Notes: generated by a model not told the origin, from the letters alone. A DNA stretch of 64,000 nt from Escherichia coli (GCF_001677475.2 NZ_CP015229.1), one strand, 5' to 3'; numbered from the stretch's first letter, positions 50,217 through 62,877 are shown. Translations and numbers: made by a program.

Positions 50217-51364
50217 TGACTGAACAGCGTCCATTAACGATTGCCCTGGTCGCCGGAGAAACCTCCGGCGATATCCTGGGGGCCGGTTTAATCCGCGCTC
50301 TGAAAGAACGTGTGCCCAAAGCCCGCTTTGTTGGTGTTGCCGGGCCACGAATGCAGGCTGAAGGCTGCGAAGCCTGGTACGAAATGGAAGAACTGGCGGT
50401 GATGGGCATTGTTGAAGTGCTCGGTCGTCTGCGTCGCTTACTGCATATTCGTGCCGATCTGACAAAGCGTTTTGGCGAACTGAAGCCAGATGTTTTTGTT
50501 GGTATTGATGCGCCTGACTTCAATATTACTCTTGAAGGTAACCTCAAAAAGCAGGGTATCAAAACCATTCATTACGTCAGTCCGTCCGTCTGGGCGTGGC
50601 GACAGAAACGCGTTTTCAAAATAGGCAGAGCCACCGATCTGGTGCTCGCATTTCTGCCTTTCGAAAAAGCGTTTTATGACAAATACAACGTGCCGTGCCG
50701 CTTTATCGGTCATACCATGGCTGATGCCATGCCGTTAGATCCAGATAAAAATGGTGCCCGTGATGTGCTGGGGATCCCTTACGATGCCCACTGTCTGGCA
50801 TTGTTGCCGGGCAGCCGTGGTGCAGAAGTTGAGATGCTTAGTGCCGATTTCCTGAAAACGGCCCAGCTTTTGCGCCAGACATATCCGGATCTCGAGATCG
50901 TGGTGCCGCTGGTGAATGCCAAACGCCGCGAGCAGTTTGAACGCATCAAAGCTGAAGTTGCGCCAGACCTGTCGGTTCATTTGCTGGATGGGATGGGCCG
51001 TGAGGCGATGGTCGCCAGCGATGCGGCGCTACTGGCGTCGGGTACGGCAGCACTGGAATGTATGCTGGCGAAATGCCCGATGGTGGTGGGATATCGCATG
51101 AAGCCTTTCACCTTCTGGCTGGCGAAGCGACTGGTGAAAACTGATTATGTCTCTCTACCCAATTTGCTGGCGGGCAGAGAGTTAGTCAAAGAGTTATTGC
51201 AGGAAGAGTGTGAGCCGCAAAAACTGGCAGAGGCGTTGTTACCGCTGTTGGCGAACGGGAAAACCAGCCACGCGATGCACGACACCTTCCGCGAACTGCA
51301 TCAGCAGATCCGCTGCAATGCCGATGAGCAGGCGGCACAAGCCGTTCTGGAGTTAGCACAATGA
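50216..51364 (+). CDS. lpxB: lipid-A-disaccharide synthase
   Basis: 382 aa; ATG overlaps the lpxA stop (TAATG). Confidence 0.97.
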
Positions 51365-51957
51365 TCGAATTTGTTTATCCGCACACGCAGCTTGTTGCGG
51401 GTGTGGATGAAGTCGGGCGCGGGCCGTTAGTTGGCGCGGTTGTCACCGCTGCAGTGATTCTCGACCCGGCGCGTCCGATTGTCGGGCTGAATGATTCCAA
51501 AAAGCTGAGCGAAAAACGCCGTCTGGCGTTGTATGAAGAGATTAAAGAGAAAGCGTTAAGCTGGAGTCTGGGTCGCGCTGAACCTCATGAAATCGACGAA
51601 CTGAATATTCTACACGCGACCATGCTGGCGATGCAGCGTGCGGTTGCGGGGCTGCATATCGTCCCGGAATATGTGTTGATTGATGGTAACCGCTGTCCGA
51701 AATTACCGATGCCTTCGATGGCAGTGGTGAAAGGCGACAGCCGCGTGCCGGAAATCAGTGCGGCGTCTATTCTGGCGAAAGTCACGCGCGACGCTGAAAT
51801 GGCGGCGCTGGACATCGTTTATCCACAATATGGCTTTGCCCAACACAAAGGGTATCCAACCGCTTTTCATCTTGAAAAACTGGCTGAACATGGCGCGACC
51901 GAACACCATCGGCGCAGCTTTGGCCCTGTCAAACGCGCACTGGGACTTGCGTCCTGA
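51361..51957 (+). CDS. rnhB: ribonuclease HII
   Basis: 198 aa; 4-bp overlap with the lpxB stop (ATGA). Confidence 0.97.
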   Translation: MIEFVYPHTQLVAGVDEVGRGPLVGAVVTAAVILDPARPIVGLNDSKKLSEKRRLALYEEIKEKALSWSLGRAEPHEIDELNILHATMLAMQRAVAGLHIVPEYVLIDGNRCPKLPMPSMAVVKGDSRVPEISAASILAKVTRDAEMAALDIVYPQYGFAQHKGYPTAFHLEKLAEHGATEHHRRSFGPVKRALGLAS

Positions 51958-51993
51958 TTCTTGTGTCGAGATTAAGTAAACCGGAATCTGAAG

Positions 51994-54900
51994 ATGTCTG
52001 AACCACGTTTCGTACACCTGCGGGTGCACAGCGACTACTCGATGATCGATGGCCTGGCCAAAACCGCACCGCTGGTAAAAAAGGCGGCGGCGTTGGGTAT
52101 GCCAGCACTGGCGATCACCGATTTCACCAACCTTTGCGGTCTGGTGAAGTTCTACGGAGCGGGACATGGCGCAGGGATTAAGCCTATCGTCGGGGCAGAT
52201 TTTAATGTCCAGTGCGACCTGCTGGGTGATGAGTTAACCCACCTGACGGTACTGGCGGCGAACAATACCGGCTATCAGAATCTGACGTTGCTGATCTCAA
52301 AAGCGTATCAGCGCGGGTACGGTGCCGCCGGGCCGATCATCGATCGCGACTGGCTTATCGAATTAAACGAAGGGTTGATCCTTCTTTCCGGCGGGCGCAT
52401 GGGCGACGTCGGACGCAGTCTTTTGCGTGGTAACAGCGCGCTGGTAGATGAGTGTGTCGCATTTTATGAAGAACACTTCCCGGATCGCTATTTTCTCGAA
52501 CTGATTCGCACCGGCAGACCGGACGAAGAAAGCTATTTGCACGCGGCGGTGGAACTGGCGGAAGCGCGCGGTTTGCCCGTCGTGGCGACCAACGACGTGC
52601 GCTTTATCGACAGCAGCGACTTTGACGCACACGAAATCCGCGTCGCGATCCACGACGGCTTTACCCTCGACGATCCTAAACGCCCGCGTAACTATTCGCC
52701 GCAGCAATATATGCGTAGCGAAGAGGAGATGTGCGAGCTGTTTGCCGACATCCCCGAAGCTCTTGCCAACACCGTTGAGATCGCCAAACGTTGTAACGTA
52801 ACTGTGCGTCTGGGTGAATACTTCCTGCCGCAATTCCCGACCGGGGACATGAGCACCGAAGATTATCTGGTCAAGCGTGCAAAAGAAGGCCTGGAAGAGC
52901 GTCTGGCCTTTTTATTCCCTGATGAGGAAGAACGTGTTAAGCGCCGCCCGGAATATGACGAACGTCTGGAGACTGAACTTCAGGTTATCAACCAGATGGG
53001 CTTCCCGGGCTACTTCCTCATCGTTATGGAATTTATCCAGTGGTCGAAAGATAACGGCGTACCGGTAGGGCCAGGCCGTGGCTCCGGTGCGGGTTCACTG
53101 GTGGCCTACGCGCTGAAAATCACCGACCTCGATCCGCTGGAATTTGACCTGCTGTTCGAACGTTTCCTTAACCCGGAACGTGTCTCCATGCCTGACTTCG
53201 ACGTTGACTTCTGTATGGAGAAACGCGATCAGGTTATCGAACACGTAGCGGACATGTACGGTCGTGATGCGGTATCGCAGATTATCACCTTCGGTACGAT
53301 GGCGGCGAAAGCGGTGATCCGCGACGTAGGCCGCGTGCTGGGGCATCCGTACGGCTTTGTCGATCGTATCTCGAAACTGATCCCGCCCGATCCGGGGATG
53401 ACGCTGGCGAAAGCGTTTGAAGCCGAGCCGCAGCTGCCGGAAATCTACGAAGCGGATGAAGAAGTTAAGGCGCTGATCGACATGGCGCGCAAACTGGAAG
53501 GGGTTACCCGTAACGCCGGTAAGCACGCTGGTGGGGTGGTTATCGCGCCGACCAAAATTACTGATTTTGCGCCGCTTTATTGCGATGAAGAGGGCAAACA
53601 TCCGGTCACCCAGTTTGATAAAAGCGACGTTGAATACGCCGGGCTGGTGAAGTTCGACTTCCTCGGTTTGCGTACGCTCACCATCATCAACTGGGCGCTG
53701 GAGATGATCAACAAGCGGCGGGCGAAGAATGGCGAGCCGCCGCTGGATATCGCCGCGATCCCGCTGGATGACAAGAAAAGCTTCGACATGCTGCAACGCT
53801 CGGAAACCACGGCGGTATTCCAGCTTGAATCGCGCGGCATGAAGGACCTGATCAAGCGTCTGCAACCTGACTGCTTCGAAGATATGATCGCACTGGTGGC
53901 ACTGTTCCGCCCCGGCCCGTTGCAATCAGGGATGGTGGATAACTTTATCGACCGTAAACATGGTCGCGAAGAAATCTCCTATCCGGACGTACAGTGGCAG
54001 CATGAAAGCCTGAAACCGGTACTGGAGCCAACCTACGGCATCATCCTGTATCAGGAACAGGTCATGCAGATTGCGCAGGTGCTTTCTGGTTATACCCTCG
54101 GTGGCGCGGATATGCTGCGCCGTGCGATGGGTAAGAAAAAGCCGGAAGAGATGGCTAAGCAGCGTTCTGTATTTGCTGAAGGTGCAGAAAAGAACGGAAT
54201 CAACGCCGAACTGGCGATGAAAATCTTCGACCTGGTGGAGAAATTCGCTGGTTACGGATTTAACAAATCGCACTCTGCGGCCTATGCTTTGGTGTCATAT
54301 CAAACGTTATGGCTGAAAGCGCACTATCCGGCGGAGTTTATGGCGGCGGTAATGACCGCCGATATGGACAACACCGAGAAGGTGGTGGGCCTGGTGGATG
54401 AGTGCTGGCGGATGGGGCTGAAAATCCTGCCACCAGATATAAACTCCGGTCTTTACCATTTCCACGTCAACGACGACGGCGAAATCGTGTATGGTATTGG
54501 CGCGATCAAAGGGGTCGGTGAAGGTCCGATTGAGGCCATCATCGAAGCCCGTAACAAAGGCGGCTACTTCCGCGAACTGTTTGATCTCTGCGCCCGAACC
54601 GACACCAAAAAGTTAAACCGGCGGGTGCTGGAAAAACTGATCATGTCCGGGGCGTTTGACCGTCTTGGGCCACACCGCGCGGCGCTGATGAACTCGCTGG
54701 GCGATGCGTTAAAAGCGGCAGATCAACACGCGAAAGCGGAAGCTATCGGTCAGGCCGATATGTTCGGCGTGCTGGCCGAAGAGCCGGAACAAATTGAACA
54801 ATCCTACGCCAGCTGCCAACCGTGGCCGGAGCAGGTGGTATTAGATGGGGAACGTGAAACGTTAGGTCTGTACCTGACGGGACACCCTATCAACCAGTAT

Positions 54901-55476
54901 TTAAAAGAGATTGAGCGTTATGTCGGAGGCGTAAGGCTGAAAGACATGCACCCGACAGAACGTGGTAAAGTCATCACGGCTGCGGGGCTCGTTGTTGCCG
55001 CGCGGGTTATGGTCACCAAGCGCGGCAATCGTATCGGTATCTGCACGCTGGATGACCGTTCCGGGCGGCTGGAAGTGATGTTGTTTACTGACGCCCTGGA
55101 TAAATACCAGCAATTGCTGGAAAAAGACCGCATACTTATCGTCAGCGGACAGGTCAGCTTTGATGACTTCAGCGGTGGGCTTAAAATGACCGCTCGCGAA
55201 GTGATGGATATTGACGAAGCCCGGGAAAAATATGCTCGCGGGCTTGCTATCTCGCTGACGGACAGGCAAATTGATGACCAGCTTTTAAACCGACTCCGTC
55301 AGTCTCTGGAACCCCACCGCTCTGGGACAATTCCAGTACATCTCTACTATCAGAGGGCGGATGCACGCGCGCGGTTGCGTTTTGGCGCGACGTGGCGTGT
55401 CTCTCCGAGCGATCGTTTATTAAACGATCTCCGTGGCCTCATTGGTTCGGAGCAGGTGGAACTGGAGTTTGACTAA
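51994..55476 (+). CDS. dnaE: DNA polymerase III alpha subunit
   Basis: 1160 aa; PHP domain N-terminus. Confidence 0.98.
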   Translation: MSEPRFVHLRVHSDYSMIDGLAKTAPLVKKAAALGMPALAITDFTNLCGLVKFYGAGHGAGIKPIVGADFNVQCDLLGDELTHLTVLAANNTGYQNLTLLISKAYQRGYGAAGPIIDRDWLIELNEGLILLSGGRMGDVGRSLLRGNSALVDECVAFYEEHFPDRYFLELIRTGRPDEESYLHAAVELAEARGLPVVATNDVRFIDSSDFDAHEIRVAIHDGFTLDDPKRPRNYSPQQYMRSEEEMCELFADIPEALANTVEIAKRCNVTVRLGEYFLPQFPTGDMSTEDYLVKRAKEGLEERLAFLFPDEEERVKRRPEYDERLETELQVINQMGFPGYFLIVMEFIQWSKDNGVPVGPGRGSGAGSLVAYALKITDLDPLEFDLLFERFLNPERVSMPDFDVDFCMEKRDQVIEHVADMYGRDAVSQIITFGTMAAKAVIRDVGRVLGHPYGFVDRISKLIPPDPGMTLAKAFEAEPQLPEIYEADEEVKALIDMARKLEGVTRNAGKHAGGVVIAPTKITDFAPLYCDEEGKHPVTQFDKSDVEYAGLVKFDFLGLRTLTIINWALEMINKRRAKNGEPPLDIAAIPLDDKKSFDMLQRSETTAVFQLESRGMKDLIKRLQPDCFEDMIALVALFRPGPLQSGMVDNFIDRKHGREEISYPDVQWQHESLKPVLEPTYGIILYQEQVMQIAQVLSGYTLGGADMLRRAMGKKKPEEMAKQRSVFAEGAEKNGINAELAMKIFDLVEKFAGYGFNKSHSAAYALVSYQTLWLKAHYPAEFMAAVMTADMDNTEKVVGLVDECWRMGLKILPPDINSGLYHFHVNDDGEIVYGIGAIKGVGEGPIEAIIEARNKGGYFRELFDLCARTDTKKLNRRVLEKLIMSGAFDRLGPHRAALMNSLGDALKAADQHAKAEAIGQADMFGVLAEEPEQIEQSYASCQPWPEQVVLDGERETLGLYLTGHPINQYLKEIERYVGGVRLKDMHPTERGKVITAAGLVVAARVMVTKRGNRIGICTLDDRSGRLEVMLFTDALDKYQQLLEKDRILIVSGQVSFDDFSGGLKMTAREVMDIDEAREKYARGLAISLTDRQIDDQLLNRLRQSLEPHRSGTIPVHLYYQRADARARLRFGATWRVSPSDRLLNDLRGLIGSEQVELEFD

Positions 55477-55488
55477 TACAGGAATACT

Positions 55489-56448
55489 ATGAGTCTGAAT
55501 TTCCTTGATTTTGAACAGCCGATTGCAGAGCTGGAAGCGAAAATCGATTCTCTGACTGCGGTTAGCCGTCAGGATGAGAAACTGGATATTAACATCGATG
55601 AAGAAGTGCATCGTCTGCGTGAAAAAAGCGTAGAACTGACACGTAAAATCTTCGCCGATCTCGGTGCATGGCAGATTGCGCAACTGGCACGCCATCCACA
55701 GCGTCCTTATACCCTGGATTACGTTCGCCTGGCATTTGATGAATTTGACGAACTGGCTGGCGACCGCGCGTATGCAGACGATAAAGCTATCGTCGGTGGT
55801 ATAGCGCGTCTCGATGGTCGTCCGGTGATGATCATTGGTCATCAAAAAGGTCGTGAAACCAAAGAAAAAATTCGCCGTAACTTTGGCATGCCAGCGCCAG
55901 AAGGTTACCGCAAAGCACTGCGTCTGATGCAAATGGCTGAACGCTTTAAGATGCCAATCATCACCTTTATTGACACCCCGGGGGCTTATCCGGGCGTGGG
56001 CGCAGAAGAGCGCGGTCAGTCTGAAGCCATTGCACGCAACCTGCGTGAAATGTCTCGCCTTAGCGTACCGACTATTTGTACCGTTATCGGTGAAGGTGGT
56101 TCTGGCGGCGCGCTGGCGATTGGCGTGGGCGATAAAGTGAATATGCTGCAATACAGCACCTATTCCGTTATCTCGCCGGAAGGTTGTGCGTCCATTCTGT
56201 GGAAGAGCGCCGACAAAGCGCCGTTGGCGGCTGAAGCGATGGGGATCATCGCTCCGCGTCTGAAAGAACTGAAACTGATCGACTCCATCATCCCTGAACC
56301 GCTGGGTGGTGCTCACCGTAACCCGGAAGCGATGGCGGCGTCTCTGAAAGCGCAGCTGCTGGCGGATCTGGCCGATCTCGACGTGTTAAGCACTGAAGAT
56401 TTAAAAAATCGTCGTTATCAGCGCCTGATGAGCTACGGTTACGCGTAA
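55489..56448 (+). CDS. accA: acetyl-CoA carboxylase carboxyltransferase alpha subunit
   Basis: 319 aa [22 protein letters not shown]... Confidence 0.98.
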
Positions 56449-56465
56449 TTCGCAAATGTTCTGAA

Positions 56466-56492
56466 AAAGGGTCACTTCGGTGGCCCTTTTTT
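56466..56492 (+). terminator. accA terminator
   Basis: AGGGTCAC ttcg GTGGCCC (one mismatch) followed by TTTTTT. Confidence 0.6.
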
Positions 56493-56546
56493 ATCGCCAC
56501 GGTTTGAGCAGGCTATGATTAAGGAAGGATTTTCCAGGAGGAACAC

Positions 56547-58688
56547 ATGAACATCATTGCCATTATGGGACCGCATGGCGTCTTTTATAAAGATGAGCCC
56601 ATCAAAGAACTGGAGTCGGCGCTGGTGGCGCAAGGCTTTCAGATTATCTGGCCACAAAACAGCGTTGATTTGCTGAAATTTATCGAACATAACCCTCGAA
56701 TTTGCGGCGTGATTTTTGACTGGGATGAGTACAGTCTCGATTTATGTAGCGATATCAATCAACTTAATGAATATCTCCCGCTTTATGCCTTCATCAACAC
56801 CCACTCGACGATGGATGTCAGCGTGCAGGATATGCGGATGGCGCTCTGGTTTTTTGAATATGCGCTTGGGCAGGCGGAAGATATCGCCATTCGTATGCGT
56901 CAGCACACCAACGAATATCTCGATAACATTACCCCGCCATTCACGAAAGCCTTGTTTACCTACGTCAAAGAGCGGAAGTACACCTTTTGTACGCCGGGGC
57001 ATATGGGCGGCACCGCATATCAAAAAAGCCCGATTGGCTGTCTATTTTATGATTTTTTCGGCGGGAATACTCTTAAGGCTGATGTCTCTATTTCGGTCAC
57101 CGAGCTTGGTTCGTTGCTTGACCACACTGGGCTACACCTGGAAGCGGAAGAGTACATCGCGCGGACTTTTGGCGCGGAACAGAGTTATATCGTTACCAAC
57201 GGAACATCGACGTCGAACAAAATTGTGGGTATGTACGCCGCGCCATCCGGCAGTACGCTGTTGATCGACCGCAACTGCCATAAATCACTGGCGCATCTAT
57301 TGATGATGAACGATGTAGTGCCAGTCTGGCTAAAACCGACGCGTAATGCGTTGGGGATTCTGGGTGGGATCCCGCGCCGTGAATTTACTCGCGACAGCAT
57401 CGAAGAGAAAGTCGCTGCCACCACGCAAGCACAATGGCCGGTTCATGCGGTGATCACCAACTCCACCTATGATGGCTTGCTCTACAACACCGACTGGATC
57501 AAACAGATGCTGGATGTCCCCTCGATCCACTTCGATTCCGCCTGGGTGCCGTACACCCATTTTCATCCGATCTACCAGGGCAAAAGTGGTATGAGCGGCG
57601 AGCGTGTTGCGGGAAAAGTGATCTTCGAAACGCAATCGACCCACAAAATGCTGGCTGCGTTATCGCAGGCTTCGCTGATCCACATTAAAGGCGAGTATGA
57701 CGAAGAGGCGTTTAACGAAGCCTTTATGATGCATACCACCACCTCGCCCAGTTATCCCATTGTTGCTTCGGTTGAGACGGCGGCGGCGATGCTGCGTGGT
57801 AATCCGGGCAAACGGCTGATTAACCGTTCGGTGGAGCGGGCGCTGCATTTTCGCAAAGAGGTCCAGCGGCTGCGGGAAGAGTCTGACGGCTGGTTTTTTG
57901 ATATCTGGCAACCGCCGCAGGTGGATGAAGCCGAATGCTGGCCCGTTGCGCCTGGCGAAGAGTGGCACGGCTTTAACGATGCGGATGCCGATCATATGTT
58001 TCTCGATCCGGTTAAAGTCACTATTTTGACACCGGGGATGGACGAGCAGGGCAATATGAGCGAGGAGGGGATCCCGGCGGCGCTGGTGGCAAAATTCCTC
58101 GACGAACGTGGGATTGTAGTAGAGAAAACCGGCCCTTATAACCTGCTGTTTCTTTTTAGTATTGGCATCGATAAAACCAAAGCGATGGGATTATTGCGTG
58201 GGTTGACGGAATTTAAACGCTCTTACGATCTCAACCTGCGGATCAAAAATATGCTGCCCGATCTCTATGCAGAAGATCCCGATTTTTACCGCAATATGCG
58301 TATTCAGGATCTGGCGCAAGGGATCCATAAGCTGATTCGTAAACACGATCTTCCCGGTTTGATGTTGCGGGCATTCGATACTTTGCCGGAAATGATCATG
58401 ACGCCACATCAGGCATGGCAGAGACAGATTAAAGGTGAAGTAGAAACCATTGCGCTGGAACAACTGGTCGGTAGAGTATCGGCAAATATGATCCTGCCTT
58501 ATCCACCGGGCGTACCGCTGTTGATGCCTGGAGAAATGCTGACCAAAGAGAGCCGCACAGTACTCGATTTTCTACTGATGCTTTGTTCCGTAGGGCAACA
58601 TTACCCCGGTTTTGAAACGGATATTCACGGCGCGAAACAGGACGAAGACGGCGTTTACCGCGTACGAGTCCTAAAAATGGCGGGATAA
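56547..58688 (+). CDS. ldcC: constitutive lysine decarboxylase
   Basis: 713 aa Orn/Lys/Arg decarboxylase family; MNIIAIMGPHGVFYKDEPIKELE N-terminus. Confidence 0.95.
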   Translation: MNIIAIMGPHGVFYKDEPIKELESALVAQGFQIIWPQNSVDLLKFIEHNPRICGVIFDWDEYSLDLCSDINQLNEYLPLYAFINTHSTMDVSVQDMRMALWFFEYALGQAEDIAIRMRQHTNEYLDNITPPFTKALFTYVKERKYTFCTPGHMGGTAYQKSPIGCLFYDFFGGNTLKADVSISVTELGSLLDHTGLHLEAEEYIARTFGAEQSYIVTNGTSTSNKIVGMYAAPSGSTLLIDRNCHKSLAHLLMMNDVVPVWLKPTRNALGILGGIPRREFTRDSIEEKVAATTQAQWPVHAVITNSTYDGLLYNTDWIKQMLDVPSIHFDSAWVPYTHFHPIYQGKSGMSGERVAGKVIFETQSTHKMLAALSQASLIHIKGEYDEEAFNEAFMMHTTTSPSYPIVASVETAAAMLRGNPGKRLINRSVERALHFRKEVQRLREESDGWFFDIWQPPQVDEAECWPVAPGEEWHGFNDADADHMFLDPVKVTILTPGMDEQGNMSEEGIPAALVAKFLDERGIVVEKTGPYNLLFLFSIGIDKTKAMGLLRGLTEFKRSYDLNLRIKNMLPDLYAEDPDFYRNMRIQDLAQGIHKLIRKHDLPGLMLRAFDTLPEMIMTPHQAWQRQIKGEVETIALEQLVGRVSANMILPYPPGVPLLMPGEMLTKESRTVLDFLLMLCSVGQHYPGFETDIHGAKQDEDGVYRVRVLKMAG

Positions 58689-58744
58689 CTTGCCAGAGCG
58701 GCTTCCGGGCGAGTAACGTGCTGTTAACAAATAAAGGAGACGTT

Positions 58745-59134
58745 ATGCTGGGTTTAAAACAGGTTCACCATATTGCGATTATTGCGACGGATTATGCGGT
58801 GAGCAAAGCTTTCTACTGCGATATTCTTGGTTTCACGCTGCAAAGCGAAGTCTATCGCGAAGCGCGCGACTCGTGGAAAGGGGATTTGGCGCTTAATGGG
58901 CAATATGTGATTGAGCTTTTCTCATTTCCGTTCCCGCCGGAGCGCCCCAGCCGACCGGAAGCTTGCGGCCTGCGTCATCTGGCTTTTAGCGTTGATGACA
59001 TCGATGCGGCAGTGGCGCACCTTGAAAGCCATAACGTGAAGTGTGAAGCCATCCGTGTCGATCCATACACGCAAAAACGCTTCACCTTCTTTAACGATCC
59101 GGACGGGCTGCCGTTGGAACTGTATGAGCAGTAA
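58745..59134 (+). CDS. yaeR: glyoxalase/VOC family protein
   Basis: 129 aa from MLGLKQVHHIAII; the track start is an upstream extension. Confidence 0.9.
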   Translation: MLGLKQVHHIAIIATDYAVSKAFYCDILGFTLQSEVYREARDSWKGDLALNGQYVIELFSFPFPPERPSRPEACGLRHLAFSVDDIDAAVAHLESHNVKCEAIRVDPYTQKRFTFFNDPDGLPLELYEQ

Positions 59135-59198
59135 GGCTTGTCATCGCCGCATTTGCCCGGTAACGTGCCGGGCATTGCTACTGTAAAATCGCACCATC

Positions 59199-60494
59199 AT
59201 GACACTCACGCTCAATAGACAACTTCTTACCTCACGCCAGATTCTGGTGGCCTTTAGCGGCGGGCTTGACTCCACCGTTCTGCTGCATCAGTTGGTGCAG
59301 TGGCGGACGGAAAATCCGGGTGTCGCTCTGCGCGCTATTCATGTGCATCACGGTTTAAGTGCCAATGCCGATGCCTGGGTTACGCATTGCGAAAACGTCT
59401 GCCAACAGTGGCAGGTGCCGCTGGTGGTCGAACGCGTACAACTTGCGCAAGAGGGGCTGGGGATTGAGGCCCAGGCGCGGCAGGCGCGTTATCAGGCATT
59501 TGCCCGCACCTTGTTGCCCGGTGAAGTGCTGGTCACCGCGCAACATCTCGACGATCAATGTGAAACTTTTCTGCTGGCGCTAAAACGCGGTAGCGGCCCT
59601 GCCGGGCTTTCGGCTATGGCGGAAGTTTCGGAGTTTGCCGGAACACGGCTTATCCGCCCGTTGCTTGCCCGCACGCGGGGGGAACTGGAGCAGTGGGCAT
59701 TGGCGCATGGTTTACGCTGGATTGAAGACGAAAGTAATCAGGACGACTCATACGATCGTAACTTTCTGCGCCTGCGCGTAGTGCCGTTATTGCAGCAGCG
59801 TTGGCCGCATTTTGCCGAAACAACGGCCCGCAGCGCCGCACTTTGTGCTGAACAAGAGAGCCTGCTGGATGAACTGCTGGCAGATGATTTAGCACACTGT
59901 CAATCGCCGCAGGGGACGCTGCAGATTGCGCCAATGCTGGCGATGAGTGATGCCCGTCGCGCGGCGATTATTCGCCGCTGGCTGGCAGGGCAGAATGCAC
60001 CGATGCCTTCCCGCGACGCGCTGGTGCGGATCTGGAAGGAAGTGGCGCTGGCGCGAGAAGATGCCTCCCCCTGTTTACGCCTAGGCGCGTTTGAAATCCG
60101 CCGCTATCAGTCGCAACTGTGGTGGATTAAATCCGTCACCGGGCAAAGCGAAACCATTGTGCCGTGGCAGACGTGGCTACAACCGCTGGAATTACCGGCG
60201 GGGCTGGGAAGTGTACAGCTTACTGCGGGAGGCGATATTCGCCCTCCGCGTGCAGACGAAGCGATCAGCGTGCGTTTCAAAGCGCCAGGATTGCTGCATA
60301 TTGTCGGGCGCAACGGCGGACGTAAGCTGAAGAAAATCTGGCAAGAGTTAGGCGTTCCGCCGTGGCTACGTGACACCACGCCACTGCTGTTTTATGGCGA
60401 AACGCTGATTGCGGCGGCAGGGGTATTTGTGACGCAAGAAGGTGTGGCAGAAGATGAGAATGGCGTAAGTTTTGTCTGGCAGAGAAACGCTTAG
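59199..60494 (+). CDS. tilS: tRNA(Ile)-lysidine synthetase
   Basis: 431 aa; PP-loop [11 protein letters not shown]. Confidence 0.95.
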   Translation: MTLTLNRQLLTSRQILVAFSGGLDSTVLLHQLVQWRTENPGVALRAIHVHHGLSANADAWVTHCENVCQQWQVPLVVERVQLAQEGLGIEAQARQARYQAFARTLLPGEVLVTAQHLDDQCETFLLALKRGSGPAGLSAMAEVSEFAGTRLIRPLLARTRGELEQWALAHGLRWIEDESNQDDSYDRNFLRLRVVPLLQQRWPHFAETTARSAALCAEQESLLDELLADDLAHCQSPQGTLQIAPMLAMSDARRAAIIRRWLAGQNAPMPSRDALVRIWKEVALAREDASPCLRLGAFEIRRYQSQLWWIKSVTGQSETIVPWQTWLQPLELPAGLGSVQLTAGGDIRPPRADEAISVRFKAPGLLHIVGRNGGRKLKKIWQELGVPPWLRDTTPLLFYGETLIAAAGVFVTQEGVAEDENGVSFVWQRNA

Positions 60495-60504
60495 TTAAGT
60501 AAAA

Positions 60505-60537
60505 GCCGGATATGACGCATCAAACGTCGCATCCGGC
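60505..60537. terminator. imperfect palindrome between convergent tilS and rof
   Basis: GCCGGAT...ATCCGGC outer stem with inner GACG/CGTC pairing. Confidence 0.5.
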
Positions 60538-60546
60538 GAAAGTCAA

Positions 60547-60807
60547 TCAGGACTCGCTCACCACCACCGTACCGATTTCCGGGTGGCTAAAGCTGGTAAT
60601 TTTATCCAGACGCAGCTCGCGGGTTGCACCAGCGGCTTCGACGACCAGATATTCCACATTTTTGCGGGAGACTAAATCACTGGCTTTTGCCTGCAATTTT
60701 TCGCCATCTTTCAGCTCAAGTGTCAGCATTAAATGATGCTGGCAGGCGAGCTCAAGATTATCGTAATCATCACAATTGATTGGTTGATACGTATCATTCA
60801 TTGACAT
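60547..60807 (-). CDS. rof: Rho-binding antiterminator Rof
   Basis: 86 aa [25 protein letters not shown]... Confidence 0.92.
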
Positions 60808-60994
60808 AATCGCTCACCAGTAAGTTTGCCGCAGCGTATGCTGCTTTTTCCCTGACAGCCTCAGAAAGGGCGTCGTCGGCAGCCATTTCATTCAGCACTT
60901 TCAAAACGCAGCCCAGCGCGTCCGGAACGTATCCTAAGTCTCCGCTGGCGATTTCCGCGTACCGCTTGCGTATTAACTCACAATATTTTTCCAC
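60794..60994 (-). CDS. yaeP: UPF0253 family small protein
   Basis: 66 aa from (V)[21 protein letters not shown]; GTG start; 3' end overlaps the rof 5' end by 14 nt. Confidence 0.85.
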
Positions 60995-61159
60995 ATGCCC
61001 TCCTGTCAGCACTCTGACTTAACCGTGGATGCAAGTCTAAGCCTACGAAGATAAACTCTGTTTCGCAAGGTGACTATACCACACTCATTTCTGCAATATC
61101 AGCGCCGCAACTGCACGTATTCCGTTACAATGGCCTCCTGATTCGAAAGGAGTTTTCTT

Positions 61160-61705
61160 ATGGCGCTTAAAGCGACAATTTATAAAGCGACGGTTAATGT
61201 GGCCGATCTCGACCGCAACCAGTTTCTCGATGCCTCTCTGACGCTGGCGCGCCATCCTTCAGAAACCCAGGAGCGCATGATGCTGCGCTTGCTGGCATGG
61301 CTAAAATATGCCGATGAACGTCTGCAATTTACCCGTGGTTTGTGTGCCGATGATGAGCCGGAAGCGTGGCTGCGTAACGATCATTTGGGCATTGATTTGT
61401 GGATTGAGCTGGGGCTGCCGGATGAGCGACGAATTAAGAAAGCCTGCACCCAGGCCGCAGAAGTGGCACTGTTTACCTATAATAGTCGGGCGGCGCAAAT
61501 CTGGTGGCAGCAAAATCAGAGCAAATGTGCGCAGTTTGCCAATCTTTCCGTCTGGTATCTGGACGACGAGCAGCTGGCGAAAGTGAGCGCCTTTGCCGAT
61601 CGTACCATGACGCTGCAGGCAACGATTCAGGATGGTGTTATCTGGTTATCGGATGATAAGAATAATCTGGAAGTGAACTTAACCGCCTGGCAACAACCTT
61701 CATGA
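61160..61705 (+). CDS. yaeQ: YaeQ family protein (function not established)
   Basis: 181 aa [22 protein letters not shown]... Confidence 0.92.
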   Translation: MALKATIYKATVNVADLDRNQFLDASLTLARHPSETQERMMLRLLAWLKYADERLQFTRGLCADDEPEAWLRNDHLGIDLWIELGLPDERRIKKACTQAAEVALFTYNSRAAQIWWQQNQSKCAQFANLSVWYLDDEQLAKVSAFADRTMTLQATIQDGVIWLSDDKNNLEVNLTAWQQPS

Positions 61706-62124
61706 TTGTGATTTCCCGACATGTTGCTATTCCCGATGGTGAGCTTGAGATCACCGCCATTCGTGCGCAGGGCGCGGGCGGGCAGCATGTTAATAAGACC
61801 TCAACGGCTATTCATCTGCGTTTTGACATTCGGGCGTCCAGCCTGCCAGAGTATTACAAAGAGCGTCTGCTCGCCGCCAGCCATCATTTGATCAGCAGTG
61901 ATGGCGTGATTGTCATTAAGGCACAGGAATACCGCAATCAGGAACTGAACCGCGAAGCGGCGCTGGCCCGGCTGGTGGCAGTGATTAAAGATTTAACAAC
62001 AGAACAAAAAGCCCGACGACCCACTCGCCCCACCCGTGCATCGAAAGAGCGCAGGCTGGCATCGAAAGCACAAAAATCAAGCGTGAAGGCGATGCGCGGC
62101 AAAGTGCGCAGCGGTCGGGAATAA
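61702..62124 (+). CDS. arfB: alternative ribosome-rescue factor B (peptidyl-tRNA hydrolase)
   Basis: 140 aa; GGQ motif ([10 protein letters not shown]); basic C-terminal tail; 4-bp overlap with yaeQ. Confidence 0.95.
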   Translation: MIVISRHVAIPDGELEITAIRAQGAGGQHVNKTSTAIHLRFDIRASSLPEYYKERLLAASHHLISSDGVIVIKAQEYRNQELNREAALARLVAVIKDLTTEQKARRPTRPTRASKERRLASKAQKSSVKAMRGKVRSGRE

Positions 62125-62137
62125 AAAGAAGGAATGG

Positions 62138-62848
62138 ATGGTGAAAAAAGCGATAGTGACAGCGATGGCTGTAATCAGCCTCTTTACTCTGATGGGTTGT
62201 AATAATCGGGCCGAAGTCGATACGCTTTCTCCGGCGCAGGCTGCCGAACTGAAACCGATGCCGCAAAGTTGGCGCGGCGTGCTGCCGTGTGCCGATTGCG
62301 AAGGAATCGAAACCTCTCTGTTCCTCGAAAAAGACGGAACCTGGGTGATGAATGAGCGTTATCTCGGTGCTCGTGAAGAACCTTCCTCCTTCGCTTCCTA
62401 CGGTACATGGGCGCGAACCGCTGACAAGCTGGTATTAACCGACAGCAAAGGTGAAAAGTCATATTATCGGGCGAAAGGAGATGCGCTGGAGATGCTCGAT
62501 CGTGAAGGTAATCCGATTGAATCGCAGTTCAACTATACGCTGGAACCGGCACAATCCAGTTTACCCATGACGCCGATGACCCTGCGGGGCATGTATTTTT
62601 ATATGGCTGATGCGGCGACCTTCACTGATTGCGCGACCGGAAAACGTTTCATGGTAGCGAATAACGCAGAGCTGGAGCGTAGCTACCTGGCTGCGCGCGG
62701 TCATAGTGAAAAACCGATGTTACTGTCAGTAGAAGGTCACTTTACGCTTGAGGCTAATCCGGATACCGGTGCGCCGACTAAAGTATTGGCACCCGATACG
62801 GCAGGGAAATTTTACCCAAACCAGGATTGCAGTAGTTTGGGGCAGTAA
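62138..62848 (+). CDS. nlpE: outer-membrane lipoprotein NlpE (Cpx-pathway sensor)
   Basis: 236 aa; lipobox LMGC; CxxC motif (CADC). Confidence 0.95.
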   Translation: MVKKAIVTAMAVISLFTLMGCNNRAEVDTLSPAQAAELKPMPQSWRGVLPCADCEGIETSLFLEKDGTWVMNERYLGAREEPSSFASYGTWARTADKLVLTDSKGEKSYYRAKGDALEMLDREGNPIESQFNYTLEPAQSSLPMTPMTLRGMYFYMADAATFTDCATGKRFMVANNAELERSYLAARGHSEKPMLLSVEGHFTLEANPDTGAPTKVLAPDTAGKFYPNQDCSSLGQ

Positions 62849-62851
62849 TTG

Positions 62852-62875
62852 AAAGCCGGAGCATTCTCCGGCTTT
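62852..62875. terminator. hairpin between convergent nlpE and yaeF
   Basis: AAAGCCGGAG catt CTCCGGCTTT, 10-bp stem with A/T flanks. Confidence 0.75.
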
Positions 62876-62877
62876 CA

